Source: Campylobacterota bacterium (GTDB taxonomy: Bacteria; Campylobacterota; Campylobacteria; Campylobacterales; Sulfurimonadaceae). Taken from it: DNA of 28,127 nt. The translations under genes and the position numbers were made by a program. Positions 1 through 8,173 of the stretch are shown here, piece after piece (positions within the stretch are counted from its first letter, which is position 1; each line of letters opens with the position of its first letter). The notes below the pieces were generated by a model. That model saw only the letters and a program-made list of their open reading frames with translations. It ran no database searches and was not told where the DNA came from. The stretch is taken from contig JAYEMF010000001.1 of NCBI GenBank assembly GCA_034717975.1, positions 1 through 28,127 on the forward strand, in the 5' to 3' direction.

Positions 1-74
1 TCACCCAATATCACTCCATTGCATAAGCAGACTTCAAAATCTTCATCCAGGGCTTTAAACTCTTCATGTGTCAT
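1..74 (-). CDS. BFD-like [2Fe-2S]-binding protein, N-terminal part (runs off window)
   Basis: Manual translation from ATG at 74: MTHEEFKALDEDFEVCLCNGVILG...; the VCxCNxV motif is typical of BFD-like domains; GAGGAG RBS at 81-86 on the minus strand. Not in the ORF track. Confidence 0.7.
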   Translation of the reverse strand, partial: MTHEEFKALDEDFEVCLCNGVILG

Positions 75-219
75 TCTCTTCTCCTCGGTGTTTATTGAAA
101 ATATTATCATTTTGATAATTAATTGTTAGTGTCACTTTGATATGTAAATTACATATTTTAAGTTGATAATGGAAAAGGTTGTGTTAGTCCGTGTAGAAAA
201 TTCAAAATATTGCATTTTC

Positions 220-303
220 CTCGTTCCATCCTAATCTTGAGGTGGAGTGTAATCGTTGGTTTAGCTATTTTCTGCATCGCTCCCCGGGTGAGGATGAAAA
301 GAG
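220..303. repeat. Degenerate inverted pair of CTCGTTCC...-type REP-like palindromic repeats
   Basis: ctcgttccatcct (220-232) and aggatgaaaagag (291-303) match 11/13 as reverse complements; the same 13-mer recurs at 1088-1100 (12/13). Confidence 0.45.
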
Positions 304-334
304 AAAGTTTTAAACAGATCCATACATGTTTATT

Positions 335-625
335 TTACGCAGATATTCCAAGTTTTTCTACATCATCCAAATTTAATGCTTTACTTGCTTCATATAAACT
401 ATAGTTATCCTGCATAGCCAACCAGCTCTCCGGAGTCCTGCCCAGCGTTATTGAAAGACGCAGTGCCATTTCAGGGCTAAGGCTACTCTGTCCCTTGATC
501 AATCGGTTTAATGTTGATGGGGAAACCTTTAACTTTAATGCTACTTCTCTTTCACTTATCTTGAGTTCATTCAGATAAACCTCTTTAATAAATTCACCGG
601 GATGAATGGGTTTGTGCATTTTCAT
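335..625 (-). CDS. higA: HigA family antitoxin (HTH/Xre), intact
   Basis: MHKPIHPGEFIKE...LSPEMALRLS...PESWLAMQDNY is the HigA/VapI pattern; its ATG overlaps the original toxin stop (TAATG); GAGG RBS upstream. Confidence 0.93.
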   Translation of the reverse strand: MKMHKPIHPGEFIKEVYLNELKISEREVALKLKVSPSTLNRLIKGQSSLSPEMALRLSITLGRTPESWLAMQDNYSLYEASKALNLDDVEKLGISA

Positions 626-651
626 TAGTGATAATCCTCATAATTTACTAT

Positions 652-781
652 CTCAACTTTCGCACATAAAAAACGGCTGTCATTCCGGGCTTGACCCGGA
701 ATCTAGTGGTTTTTATGTTTAAGACCTTGCAGCTGTGGACCCCGGATCAAGTCCGGGGTGACGGCATGTGCGAAAGTTGAG
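652..781. mobile_element. 130-bp non-autonomous MITE with 16-bp perfect TIRs and 7-bp target-site duplication
   Basis: TIRs ctcaactttcgcacat (652-667) and atgtgcgaaagttgag (766-781); direct repeat ttactat at 645-651 and 782-788; no transposase ORF. Confidence 0.93.
678..763. repeat. Inverted pair of CGTC/TGTC-tagged REP-like palindromes inside the MITE
   Basis: tgtc-attccggg-cttga-cccggaat-cta (678-705) and, on the minus strand, cgtc-accccgga-cttga-tccggggt-cca (763-736): same loop, compensatory stem differences. Confidence 0.85.
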
Positions 782-1046
782 TTACTATGTAAACATCTCC
801 ATTTTCAAATCGAAATGTTATTCTCCAGTTTCCACTGACTTTAATGGACCAGGTTTCAGCTCTATCTCCTTTCAGAGGGTGCAAGTTAAACCCCGGCAAT
901 TGCAAGTCGTCAATAACAAACGCGGTATCAAGTGCCGTTAACCGCATTTTGATTTTTTTGACATGTTTGGACTGAATACCTTTAGTCGTACCATCTTCAT
1001 AGAACTTTTGAAGTCCTTTATGCATGAATTATTTGATCATAAAAAG

Positions 1047-1076
1047 ACTATATCACATATTGCGCAACATGCAATA
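1047..1076 (-). promoter_or_regulatory. higBA promoter (TTGCAT, 16 nt, extended -10 TG-a-TATAGT) overlapped by a palindromic operator
   Basis: Minus strand TTGCATgttgcgcaatatgTGaTATAGTctttttATG; inverted repeat TATTGC-N7-GCAATA at 1058-1076; the ATG lies 6 nt after the -10 with no SD. Confidence 0.7.
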
Positions 1077-1204
1077 ATTTAGGGCACCTCGTTCTATCCT
1101 CTTCTAGATACGGGTCAGGTGACAACCCACTACTTTTTTAGTATCCCTAAAGAGAAGAGGGACTGGTACCAGACATACACCTTTAACGAGGAAGGTTTAA
1201 GCAT

Positions 1205-1233
1205 TGCATTACCACGGAGACCGTAGGAACGAG
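1205..1233. repeat. REP-like palindrome (TGCATT..CCACGG AGA CCGT.GGAACGAG type)
   Basis: tgcattaccacggagaccgtaggaacgag has an internal stem; its reverse complement begins ctcgttcc like the copies at 220 and 1088. Confidence 0.55.
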
Positions 1234-1264
1234 AAAGAAAAGGGAAAAAAGGGAAAGAAAAGCC

Positions 1265-2557
1265 CTACCCGGCCAACAGCTCCCTCACCACTTCCCGATC
1301 ATCAAACGGCAACTTCTCATCATAAATGATCTGATACGCTTCATCCCCTTTGCCGAGAATCAATACGATCTCATCACCCTCTTGATCTTCCAGTGCTTTG
1401 GCAATTGCTTCTTTACGGTTCGGGTTGACATAGACATTTTCCTGATCATCGATCCCTTTAAGAATATCATTGATAATTGCATCAGGATCTTCATAGCGAG
1501 GGTTGTCGCTGGTCACATAGATCTTTTTTGCCAGTCCTGCGGCCACTTTTCCCATCAAAGGGCGTTTACTCTGGTCACGGTCGCCGCCTGCACCAAAGAC
1601 GACCAGTATATCTTTCTCTTTGAGGGCATTGAGTACCTGCTGCATACCATCAGGGGTATGGGCAAAATCGACGATCACAACCGGATCTTCACTGACACGC
1701 TCCATACGGCCGCTGACACCGGCGAAGTTGTCGATTACATCACAGATCTCTTCAATCGACTTCCCGGTCAACAGATGCACTGCACCGATCGCCGAGCAGA
1801 GGTTATAAAGATTGAAAAAACCGTGCAGGGAAGCCTTAAACGGCTCCATCTTTCCAAAATGCTGCAGGATTCCGCTTGTACCGTCATTTAGCGAGTAGGC
1901 CATCACTTTATAGGTCGCAGGATTCTCGATGCCATAGGTATAAGCATTTTTGAAATTGAAGTCAGCACGCGGTTCATCTTTATTGATCAGCTTCATTCCC
2001 TCATCCCGGAAGAAGCTGTTTTTAACGCGGGTATACTCTTCAAGCGTCTCATGATAGTCAAGATGGTCCTGCGTAATATTTGTCAATATTTTTAACGCAA
2101 ACGGGATCCCCTGAATACGCTCCTGCACAATCGCATGTGAACTTACTTCCATGATAAAGTATTCGCATCCGGCTGCTACTGCCTGATAGATATGACGGTA
2201 GATATTGAGCACTGAAGGAGTAGTCAGGCTTTTGCCTTCGACGACTTCATCATTCATAAAAAATCCACGCGTTCCCTGCATAGCGACTTTATAGCCAAGG
2301 TCCAGCAAAAATGAGTAGATCGCACTGGCCGTCGTCGTTTTACCGTTCGTGCCGGTAATACCGATGATCTTGATACGGTTTACCCCAAAGGTTTCGGCAA
2401 TATCTTCGGCTTTAATAATAGAGTGAGGATGATGTTTTCTGGCATCATCAAAGTATTTTTCATTTTGTGCAGTCAGAACGAACGCGGTATCACGACCGCA
2501 TTCACGAGAGTTCTCAGTCACATAATCAAATGACTGCCCCGGAATTTTAATTTTCAA
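1265..2557 (-). CDS. murE: UDP-N-acetylmuramoyl-L-alanyl-D-glutamate--2,6-diaminopimelate ligase
   Basis: GITGTNGKTT P-loop, MEVSSH, TQDHLDYH, DFAHTPD, DNPR (DAP-specific), GKGDE motifs. Confidence 0.96.
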   Translation of the reverse strand: MKIKIPGQSFDYVTENSRECGRDTAFVLTAQNEKYFDDARKHHPHSIIKAEDIAETFGVNRIKIIGITGTNGKTTTASAIYSFLLDLGYKVAMQGTRGFFMNDEVVEGKSLTTPSVLNIYRHIYQAVAAGCEYFIMEVSSHAIVQERIQGIPFALKILTNITQDHLDYHETLEEYTRVKNSFFRDEGMKLINKDEPRADFNFKNAYTYGIENPATYKVMAYSLNDGTSGILQHFGKMEPFKASLHGFFNLYNLCSAIGAVHLLTGKSIEEICDVIDNFAGVSGRMERVSEDPVVIVDFAHTPDGMQQVLNALKEKDILVVFGAGGDRDQSKRPLMGKVAAGLAKKIYVTSDNPRYEDPDAIINDILKGIDDQENVYVNPNRKEAIAKALEDQEGDEIVLILGKGDEAYQIIYDEKLPFDDREVVRELLAG

Positions 2558-3140
2558 CCATATCGCCTTTGTCCAGACGGCGCAGAAGCGATCGCAGCTG
2601 CTTATCGTTTTGATAGATGCTCAAGGCACTTTCCAGATAGTTCATTGCCATCTCTTTGAAACCATTGTCGATAAGACGTGATAGGAAATCAACAAAATCC
2701 TCTTTTTCGGTTATGATGACACGGGTTGAGAACATGATGTTTTCAAACACACGTTTGAAATCCTCTTCCTGATCAACGATAGCACGAAAATCACTATAAA
2801 GAATCCCATTCTCATAAATCAGCTGCTCTTTGATCGGTTTTGAAATCAATTCGCCAAGTTCATCAAGTGTGCCGTCCATACTCTGCAAAATTTCTGAAAT
2901 AATGATATCTGCCTCTTCTGCATCCTCTTCACGAAGCACATCATAATAGTCAAAAAGTGCCTCAGCTCCCGTTTCACCGCTCATAGCCATTTCAGCAAGG
3001 ATTGCACCGTTATACGCCGCTTTGGATGTTGGATAGTCTTTTAACACTAATGCAAAATTGCGCAGTGCTTTTTCGTACTCTGCCTCTGAAAAATCTTTAT
3101 TGGCGAGGGCAAGGGTTTTATATTTGTTAACTGATCTCAT
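2547..3140 (-). CDS. Conserved hypothetical acidic helical (TPR-like) protein
   Basis: 197-aa ORF with AAGGAG RBS, overlapping the murE start; nfu-hypothetical-murE order as known in Helicobacter/Campylobacter. Confidence 0.8.
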   Translation of the reverse strand: MRSVNKYKTLALANKDFSEAEYEKALRNFALVLKDYPTSKAAYNGAILAEMAMSGETGAEALFDYYDVLREEDAEEADIIISEILQSMDGTLDELGELISKPIKEQLIYENGILYSDFRAIVDQEEDFKRVFENIMFSTRVIITEKEDFVDFLSRLIDNGFKEMAMNYLESALSIYQNDKQLRSLLRRLDKGDMVEN

Positions 3141-3203
3141 TGTCCTCTCCTTTTTTACTTTATTGTATATAGTATATCGTTTATCTGTAAATTTTCTAAA
3201 ATT

Positions 3204-3479
3204 TTATAAACTGTCGATCTGGTTCTCCATACCATGCGGTACATTGATCACCGTCAGTTCCGGATGGATATCCATACGGAGTTGACGCTCAACGCCATAC
3301 TTCAGTGTGTTTCCGCTACTGCTGCAGCCGACACAGGCATCCTGAAGCTGGACATAAACGGTACCGTTTTTAACCGTCAGAAATTGAATCCCGCCGCCAT
3401 CGAGCGCCAAAGAGGGACGCACTTTATCAATGACCGCCTCAACTGGGGCCAGTAACTCTTCATCAGTAAATGGAATCAT
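3204..3479 (-). CDS. NifU C-terminal domain (Nfu-type) Fe-S carrier
   Basis: VRPSLALDGGGI...LQDACVGCSSS..TLKYGVE, the Nfu CxxC signature. Confidence 0.92.
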   Translation of the reverse strand: MIPFTDEELLAPVEAVIDKVRPSLALDGGGIQFLTVKNGTVYVQLQDACVGCSSSGNTLKYGVERQLRMDIHPELTVINVPHGMENQIDSL

Positions 3480-3571
3480 ATATTTTATCCTCGATTTTAG
3501 TAAACATAAAATAGGGCAAATCGGCTTAACAAGCCATAAATGATTACCTATAATTTAATCTCAAGGATTAC

Positions 3572-4786
3572 TTAAAGGCTCAATACCTCATTCACATACT
3601 TTGGCTGACGCATTCCGATGAGGATATAATCGATATCACTCTGCTGCAAAAACTCCAATGCACATGTCTGGAGCGGCTTTTCACACCCCTCCAGCTCTTC
3701 ACTCAATGCACTTCTGGTCACTTTACTGCATTCATAAGCCACCATCTTCGCATATTCCTGAAAAAAGAGCTCCAAGGAGTCTGCCAATACCTGTTTTGCT
3801 TCATCATCCAAAGGAGTAAGTGAATTTCGAAGATGCGGTATCACCTGAGCATAATAGAACTGCTCATAGTCACCGATCCATCGAAAGCGGTGTTTGTTGG
3901 CATCAAGTTCACTCAAGAGATTATAAACCGGTTTAAGCGGTTCGGCTTCACATAACTCCAGCAGTGCGTTGAGATGATGATAGTAATCGGTCGGTTCATC
4001 ATAATCAGCCAATCGGTACATCGCATCGCCTTTTTGCGCATTAAGGGGACGATTGGCCAGAACACGCAATCCATTGGCTTTTGCCCACGCAGCACACTTC
4101 AACCCTTCCCGTTCCAATAGATTGATTGGCAACTGCAGGGTTGTCAGATGATGTATCTCACTGCCAGCACGCTTGGCGGCATTTTCTGCCAACGTAATGA
4201 GATCATCATAAGGCAAGAACTCCGGATCGCTCATCGGCTTTGCAAAACTGTTGGAACTGATGCCGTAGCTTTTGATACGTCCTTTGGCTACCTCTTCTTC
4301 AAGCGCAATAAAGACATCAAGAATCCGCTGCAGCATCTCATCCAGACGATCCTCTTTACTGACGCCTCTGTTAATAGCATCCAGCAGGAAATATTCTGGA
4401 TTATGAAGCAGATAGCACTCAAGCGAGTCGCGATTGAGACGTGAAAGCGAGTGGGTCAGCTGATCACGCATAAAATCCGGATCGATACAGTGCCAGACAT
4501 GCTCCGCATATTTAACGACGTTATTGAAGGTCTCCTCCTCCTTGAGACGCTTCATCGTTGAACCCTGCACATAACCGAACTTGCTGACGATCTCAACGGC
4601 GGCACACTTCTCTTCGTTCATACCATGCATAGCCAAAGCGATAGCACGCTCCGCTCCGCCATCCATATAGTTGGTTGATGTATCGATCAGGGTAATACCT
4701 GATTCGACAGCTCTCTTGATAGCAGCGATATGGACCGGATCGAGGTCAGTAATACGGTAGGTACCTAAGGCAAATTGTGTAGACAT
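3572..4786 (-). CDS. Aldo/keto reductase family protein
   Basis: LGTYR, IDTSTNY, VSKFG, LLHNP, YGISSN, LQLPINL, ILIGMR; catalytic D/Y/K/H tetrad present. Confidence 0.85.
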   Translation of the reverse strand: MSTQFALGTYRITDLDPVHIAAIKRAVESGITLIDTSTNYMDGGAERAIALAMHGMNEEKCAAVEIVSKFGYVQGSTMKRLKEEETFNNVVKYAEHVWHCIDPDFMRDQLTHSLSRLNRDSLECYLLHNPEYFLLDAINRGVSKEDRLDEMLQRILDVFIALEEEVAKGRIKSYGISSNSFAKPMSDPEFLPYDDLITLAENAAKRAGSEIHHLTTLQLPINLLEREGLKCAAWAKANGLRVLANRPLNAQKGDAMYRLADYDEPTDYYHHLNALLELCEAEPLKPVYNLLSELDANKHRFRWIGDYEQFYYAQVIPHLRNSLTPLDDEAKQVLADSLELFFQEYAKMVAYECSKVTRSALSEELEGCEKPLQTCALEFLQQSDIDYILIGMRQPKYVNEVLSL

Positions 4787-4867
4787 ATTATTCTCATTTT
4801 ATATTGATCAATAATAAAATCAATTAGATTTTATAACTGGTAAATAGGTTTTAGGAGGTGTTGGTTG

Positions 4868-4892
4868 AAAGATTTGCGGCAAATGCCGCAAA
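4868..4892 (-). terminator. Probable intrinsic terminator after rplQ
   Basis: Inverted repeat tttgcggca-aa-tgccgcaaa (4873-4892) followed on the minus strand by tcttt. Confidence 0.7.
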
Positions 4893-4905
4893 GAGACGAA
4901 TCAGA

Positions 4906-5256
4906 TTAGACTAATTCGATAAACGCCATTGTCGTAGCATCACCACGACGAATGCGAGTTCTGGTAATACGAGTGTAACCACCTGTACGCTCAGCGTAGT
5001 CAGGGGCAATTTCGTTTACCAGTTTTTTAGTAGCTTCTTTACTCTGAAGAGCAGCAAAGACAACACGGTGAGCATTTGCATCACCTTTACGAGCTGCAGT
5101 AATCAGCTTCTCAACATGTGAACGAAGCTCTTTGGCCTTCGGTACAGTTGTCTCAATTTTTCCGTTTTCGATCAACGCAATACTAAGGTTCTTAAGAAGT
5201 GCAGCACGATGTGCACTTGTACGACCAAGTTTGCGGTATCCGTGACGATGTCTCAT
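4906..5256 (-). CDS. rplQ: 50S ribosomal protein L17
   Basis: [17 protein letters not shown]...GGYTRI; follows rpoA. Confidence 0.98.
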   Translation of the reverse strand: MRHRHGYRKLGRTSAHRAALLKNLSIALIENGKIETTVPKAKELRSHVEKLITAARKGDANAHRVVFAALQSKEATKKLVNEIAPDYAERTGGYTRITRTRIRRGDATTMAFIELV

Positions 5257-5277
5257 AGGATTTCCTCTATTTAGCTA

Positions 5278-6267
5278 TTAAGCTTCGATTTTCTTTTTTA
5301 GTGCACTAACCAGGTCATCGGAAAGATCTGCGCCTACTTCAAAACCGAACTCAGTCAGTTTTTCGACGATCTCTTCGTACGATTTTTTACCCAGGTTTTT
5401 CACGTTTTTCAGGTCATTTGTACTCATCAGTACAATCTCACCGATCAGTTTGATACTTGAACGGTCAAGGCAGTTGAAGCTACGAGCGCTAAGCCCAAGC
5501 TCATCAATCCCTGCTGTCAATTTTTTCAGTTCAGGAGACTCTTCCGTGCGTTCGATCTTCGCAGGAGCCTGAATACTGATCTCGCTGTTAAATACAGCCA
5601 GTTGTGCATGCATCACTTCCAGTGCATTTCTGAATGCATCCAGTGGCGTGATCTGGCCATCTGTAACGATGTTCAGCACAACTTTTTCAAAATTCGGGTT
5701 ATCTTCAACCAGTACGTTCTCAATAGCGTAAGTCGCTTTGCGAACCGGTGTAAAGAAAGCATCAAGAGCGATGTAACCCTCGTCAAGATCTTCACGAATA
5801 TCTTCACTTGGAACGTAACCGATACCCTGAGCGATCTTGATAGAGAAATTCAGCGTTGCATCTTCATTCAGTGTTGCCAGGAAAGCATCCGGGGTCACAA
5901 CTTCCACTTCATCATTGTTAAGGTCGGAACCTTTGATCTCGCATGGACCGGTAAAGTTAAAAGTAACTTCCGCCTCAGTAGCATCGTTTTTCAATTTGAA
6001 ACGAACACCTTTAAGGTTGATGATAAAGTCAGAGATATCTTCAAGCATACCGCGCACAGAGTCAAACTCATGCCTGGCACCCTCGATTTTAATTGCGATC
6101 GGTGCGTAACCAACTGAACTGCTCAGTAAAAAGCGGCGAAGTGGATGCGCCAAAGAGACGGCATAACCGGTCTCAAATGGTTTGGCAATGATGTTCGCTT
6201 CGTTTTCACTGATCTGCTCAACAACAAACTCTTCCGGAAGAAGCGGTGATGTTTTAATTTTATTCAT
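5278..6267 (-). CDS. rpoA: RNA polymerase alpha subunit
   Basis: [44 protein letters not shown]. Confidence 0.98.
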   Translation of the reverse strand: MNKIKTSPLLPEEFVVEQISENEANIIAKPFETGYAVSLAHPLRRFLLSSSVGYAPIAIKIEGARHEFDSVRGMLEDISDFIINLKGVRFKLKNDATEAEVTFNFTGPCEIKGSDLNNDEVEVVTPDAFLATLNEDATLNFSIKIAQGIGYVPSEDIREDLDEGYIALDAFFTPVRKATYAIENVLVEDNPNFEKVVLNIVTDGQITPLDAFRNALEVMHAQLAVFNSEISIQAPAKIERTEESPELKKLTAGIDELGLSARSFNCLDRSSIKLIGEIVLMSTNDLKNVKNLGKKSYEEIVEKLTEFGFEVGADLSDDLVSALKKKIEA

Positions 6268-6290
6268 GTGCAGCGCCTTTAATTCAATGA

Positions 6291-6917
6291 TTATTTCGAG
6301 TAAAGTTCGACGATCAGACGTTCTTCAACCGGGATAACTACCTCTTCACGCTCTGGAAGACGTGTAAAGATACCAAATACTTTTTCAGCATCGATGTCAA
6401 CCCATGGTGAAAGACCAGTCTGGTTTGTCAGCTCGATAGCGCGTACAACTTGTGTATTTTTCTTGCTTTTTTCACGAATCTCTACTTTTTGACCCGGCTT
6501 AACGCGGTAAGAAGCGATATCTACACGTTTACCGTCAACAAGCACATGACCATGGTTTACGAATTGGCGAGCAAAACGACGAGTCGATGCAAATCCCATT
6601 CTGTAAACAACATTGTCAAGACGCTGCTCGATCAAAGTAATAAGGTTGGTACCCGTATTACCTGCTGCACGTTTTGCTTCAGCAAACAGTGAACGAAGCT
6701 GCTTTTCAGAAAGTCCATACATGAACTTCGCTTTTTGCTTTTCGTTAAGCTGTGTACCATACTCAGAAACTTTCTTACGACGCTGACCGTGTTGACCAGG
6801 ACCATAAGGACGTTTTTCCAGTGCAGATTTTCCTGCAAGACGACGCTCGCCTTTCAAGTTAAGGCTTACACCGAATCTTCTTTCGATTTTTTCTACTGGA
6901 CCTCTATATCTTGCCAT
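6291..6917 (-). CDS. rpsD: 30S ribosomal protein S4
   Basis: MARYRGP...PGQHG...[11 protein letters not shown]...LIVELYSK. Confidence 0.98.
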   Translation of the reverse strand: MARYRGPVEKIERRFGVSLNLKGERRLAGKSALEKRPYGPGQHGQRRKKVSEYGTQLNEKQKAKFMYGLSEKQLRSLFAEAKRAAGNTGTNLITLIEQRLDNVVYRMGFASTRRFARQFVNHGHVLVDGKRVDIASYRVKPGQKVEIREKSKKNTQVVRAIELTNQTGLSPWVDIDAEKVFGIFTRLPEREEVVIPVEERLIVELYSK

Positions 6918-6928
6918 CAGTAATCTCC

Positions 6929-7321
6929 TTAAACTCTACGACGCTTCGGTGCACGACAACCGTTATGCGGCAGTGGTGTGACATCTTTCATGAAAGAGAC
7001 ACGGATACCTTCGATTGCACCGACAGCTTTAACTGCTGTTTCACGACCTGAACCAGGACCTTGTACTTTGATACCAACTTCTTTGATACCGTGTACCATT
7101 GCTTTTTCCATTGCTGCTTCTACTGCCTGTTGCGCTGCAAACGGCGTAGATTTTTTAGAACCTTTGAAACCAAGGCTACCAGCAGAACTCCATGCAACCA
7201 TGTTACCCATTTCATCAGTAACGGTTACAAGAGTATTGTTGAATGATGCAGCGATATGAACGATACCGCGGGCAATATTCTTTTTTACTACTTTTTTACG
7301 TGTAACTTGTCTTTTTGCCAT
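6929..7321 (-). CDS. rpsK: 30S ribosomal protein S11
   Basis: [32 protein letters not shown]. Confidence 0.98.
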   Translation of the reverse strand: MAKRQVTRKKVVKKNIARGIVHIAASFNNTLVTVTDEMGNMVAWSSAGSLGFKGSKKSTPFAAQQAVEAAMEKAMVHGIKEVGIKVQGPGSGRETAVKAVGAIEGIRVSFMKDVTPLPHNGCRAPKRRRV

Positions 7322-7331
7322 CTTCTAATCC

Positions 7332-7697
7332 TTACGCTGCTGCGCCGACAGTTTTACGTTTACCCTTACGAGTACGCGCATTTGTCTTAGTTTTTTGACC
7401 GCGAACAGGAAGACCGCGACGGTGACGAATACCACGGTAAGAACCGAGGTCCATCAACCCTTTAATGTCCATAGCAACTTTCTTACGAAGATCACCCTCA
7501 ACCATGTGGCTGTTACGGATCTCTGCAGTAATTTTTGCTACTTCTTCTTCAGTAATTTCGTGAACACGTTTATTGTAATCAATACCTGTAGCGTCAAGAA
7601 TCTGACGTGAGGTATGAAGGCCAATACCATAGATGTATGTCAACGCATACTCCAGGCGTTTTTTCTTAGGTAAGTCTACACCAGCAATACGTGCCAT
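7332..7697 (-). CDS. rpsM: 30S ribosomal protein S13
   Basis: [10 protein letters not shown]...[17 protein letters not shown]. Confidence 0.98.
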   Translation of the reverse strand: MARIAGVDLPKKKRLEYALTYIYGIGLHTSRQILDATGIDYNKRVHEITEEEVAKITAEIRNSHMVEGDLRKKVAMDIKGLMDLGSYRGIRHRRGLPVRGQKTKTNARTRKGKRKTVGAAA

Positions 7698-7699
7698 GC

Positions 7700-7813
7700 T
7701 TATCCTTGTCTCTGTTTATGTTTTGGGTTTTTGCAGATTACTCTGACAATCCCTTTTCGTTTGACAACTTTACAGTCATCACACATCTTCTTAACTGAAG
7801 AACGTACTTTCAT
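7700..7813 (-). CDS. rpmJ: 50S ribosomal protein L36 (Zn-binding form)
   Basis: Manual translation [44 protein letters not shown]. Below the ORF track cutoff. Confidence 0.97.
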   Translation of the reverse strand: MKVRSSVKKMCDDCKVVKRKGIVRVICKNPKHKQRQG

Positions 7814-8091
7814 TGTAGCTCCATTTTTCTTTTGAACGTTTCCGGAGCAAAGCCCCGCAAACTACGCTCGCCGCTATGGCACTAAAGGCAGGTTCTTAGA
7901 ACCTACTGTTAAGCTTTTCCAAGTTAATTGGAAAATACCATACCTCAAATGCGAGGCAAAATCATTTTTCCATATCTTTACCCGTTTTAGGCCGGCATTA
8001 AGCGCCTTGCCAATACTTGCGTCTACTCATTTAAGCAGATGTAAATACTCAACGTAATGTGTTCAAAACGGTAAAGTGGAGGCGTATAATA
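7814..8091 (-). promoter_or_regulatory. Promoter (-10 TATTAT at 8091-8086) and ~265-nt structured 5' leader of the rpmJ-rpsM-rpsK-rpsD-rpoA-rplQ unit
   Basis: The -10 is followed by a GC-rich discriminator like the S10 promoter; hairpins at 7890-7904, 7915-7935, 7941-7958; long-range complementarity between 8061-8081 and both 7819-7837 and 7976-7988. Confidence 0.55.
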
Positions 8092-8173
8092 CTGCAAGGA
8101 AGGTGAAAGTTTTATTAAGAATAGCTGATTTGTTGAATATTTTAAGATTTATGCTGACAAAAGAAGGCAGTTT

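Larger units (their letters stand above)
625..1040 (-). pseudogene. higB: HigB (RelE/ParE superfamily, plasmid-killer type) toxin pseudogene: nonsense codon 4 plus MITE insertion near the 3' end
   Basis: Reads ATG ATC AAA TAA TTC ATG CAT (MIK*FMHKGL...). Removing 645-781 (MITE plus one TSD copy) restores a 279-nt frame ending ...VSGNWRITFRFENGDVYIVNYEDYH*, the canonical HigB C-terminus. Confidence 0.9.

Noticed and set aside
94..127. Fur box upstream of the BFD-like gene
   Set aside because: GATAAT-like half sites are present but spaced 7-0-7 or 7-2-7 rather than 7-1-7, in very AT-rich DNA.
180..335. higBA as an integron cassette with an attC site
   Set aside because: No RYYYAAC...GTTRRRY pair with attC-like internal symmetry found downstream of higA, and no integrase in the window.
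210..404. 64-aa plus-strand ORF
   Set aside because: TTG start without RBS, runs across repeat DNA and antisense into higA, no recognisable motif.
747..1025. ORF-track 92-aa toxin as an intact gene
   Set aside because: It starts at internal Met6 and its last 11 residues come from the MITE; the true gene is the interrupted 625-1040.
8085..8090. Plus-strand TATAAT as an antisense promoter
   Set aside because: It overlaps the minus-strand TATTAT box that better explains the rpmJ leader, and no plus-strand gene follows.
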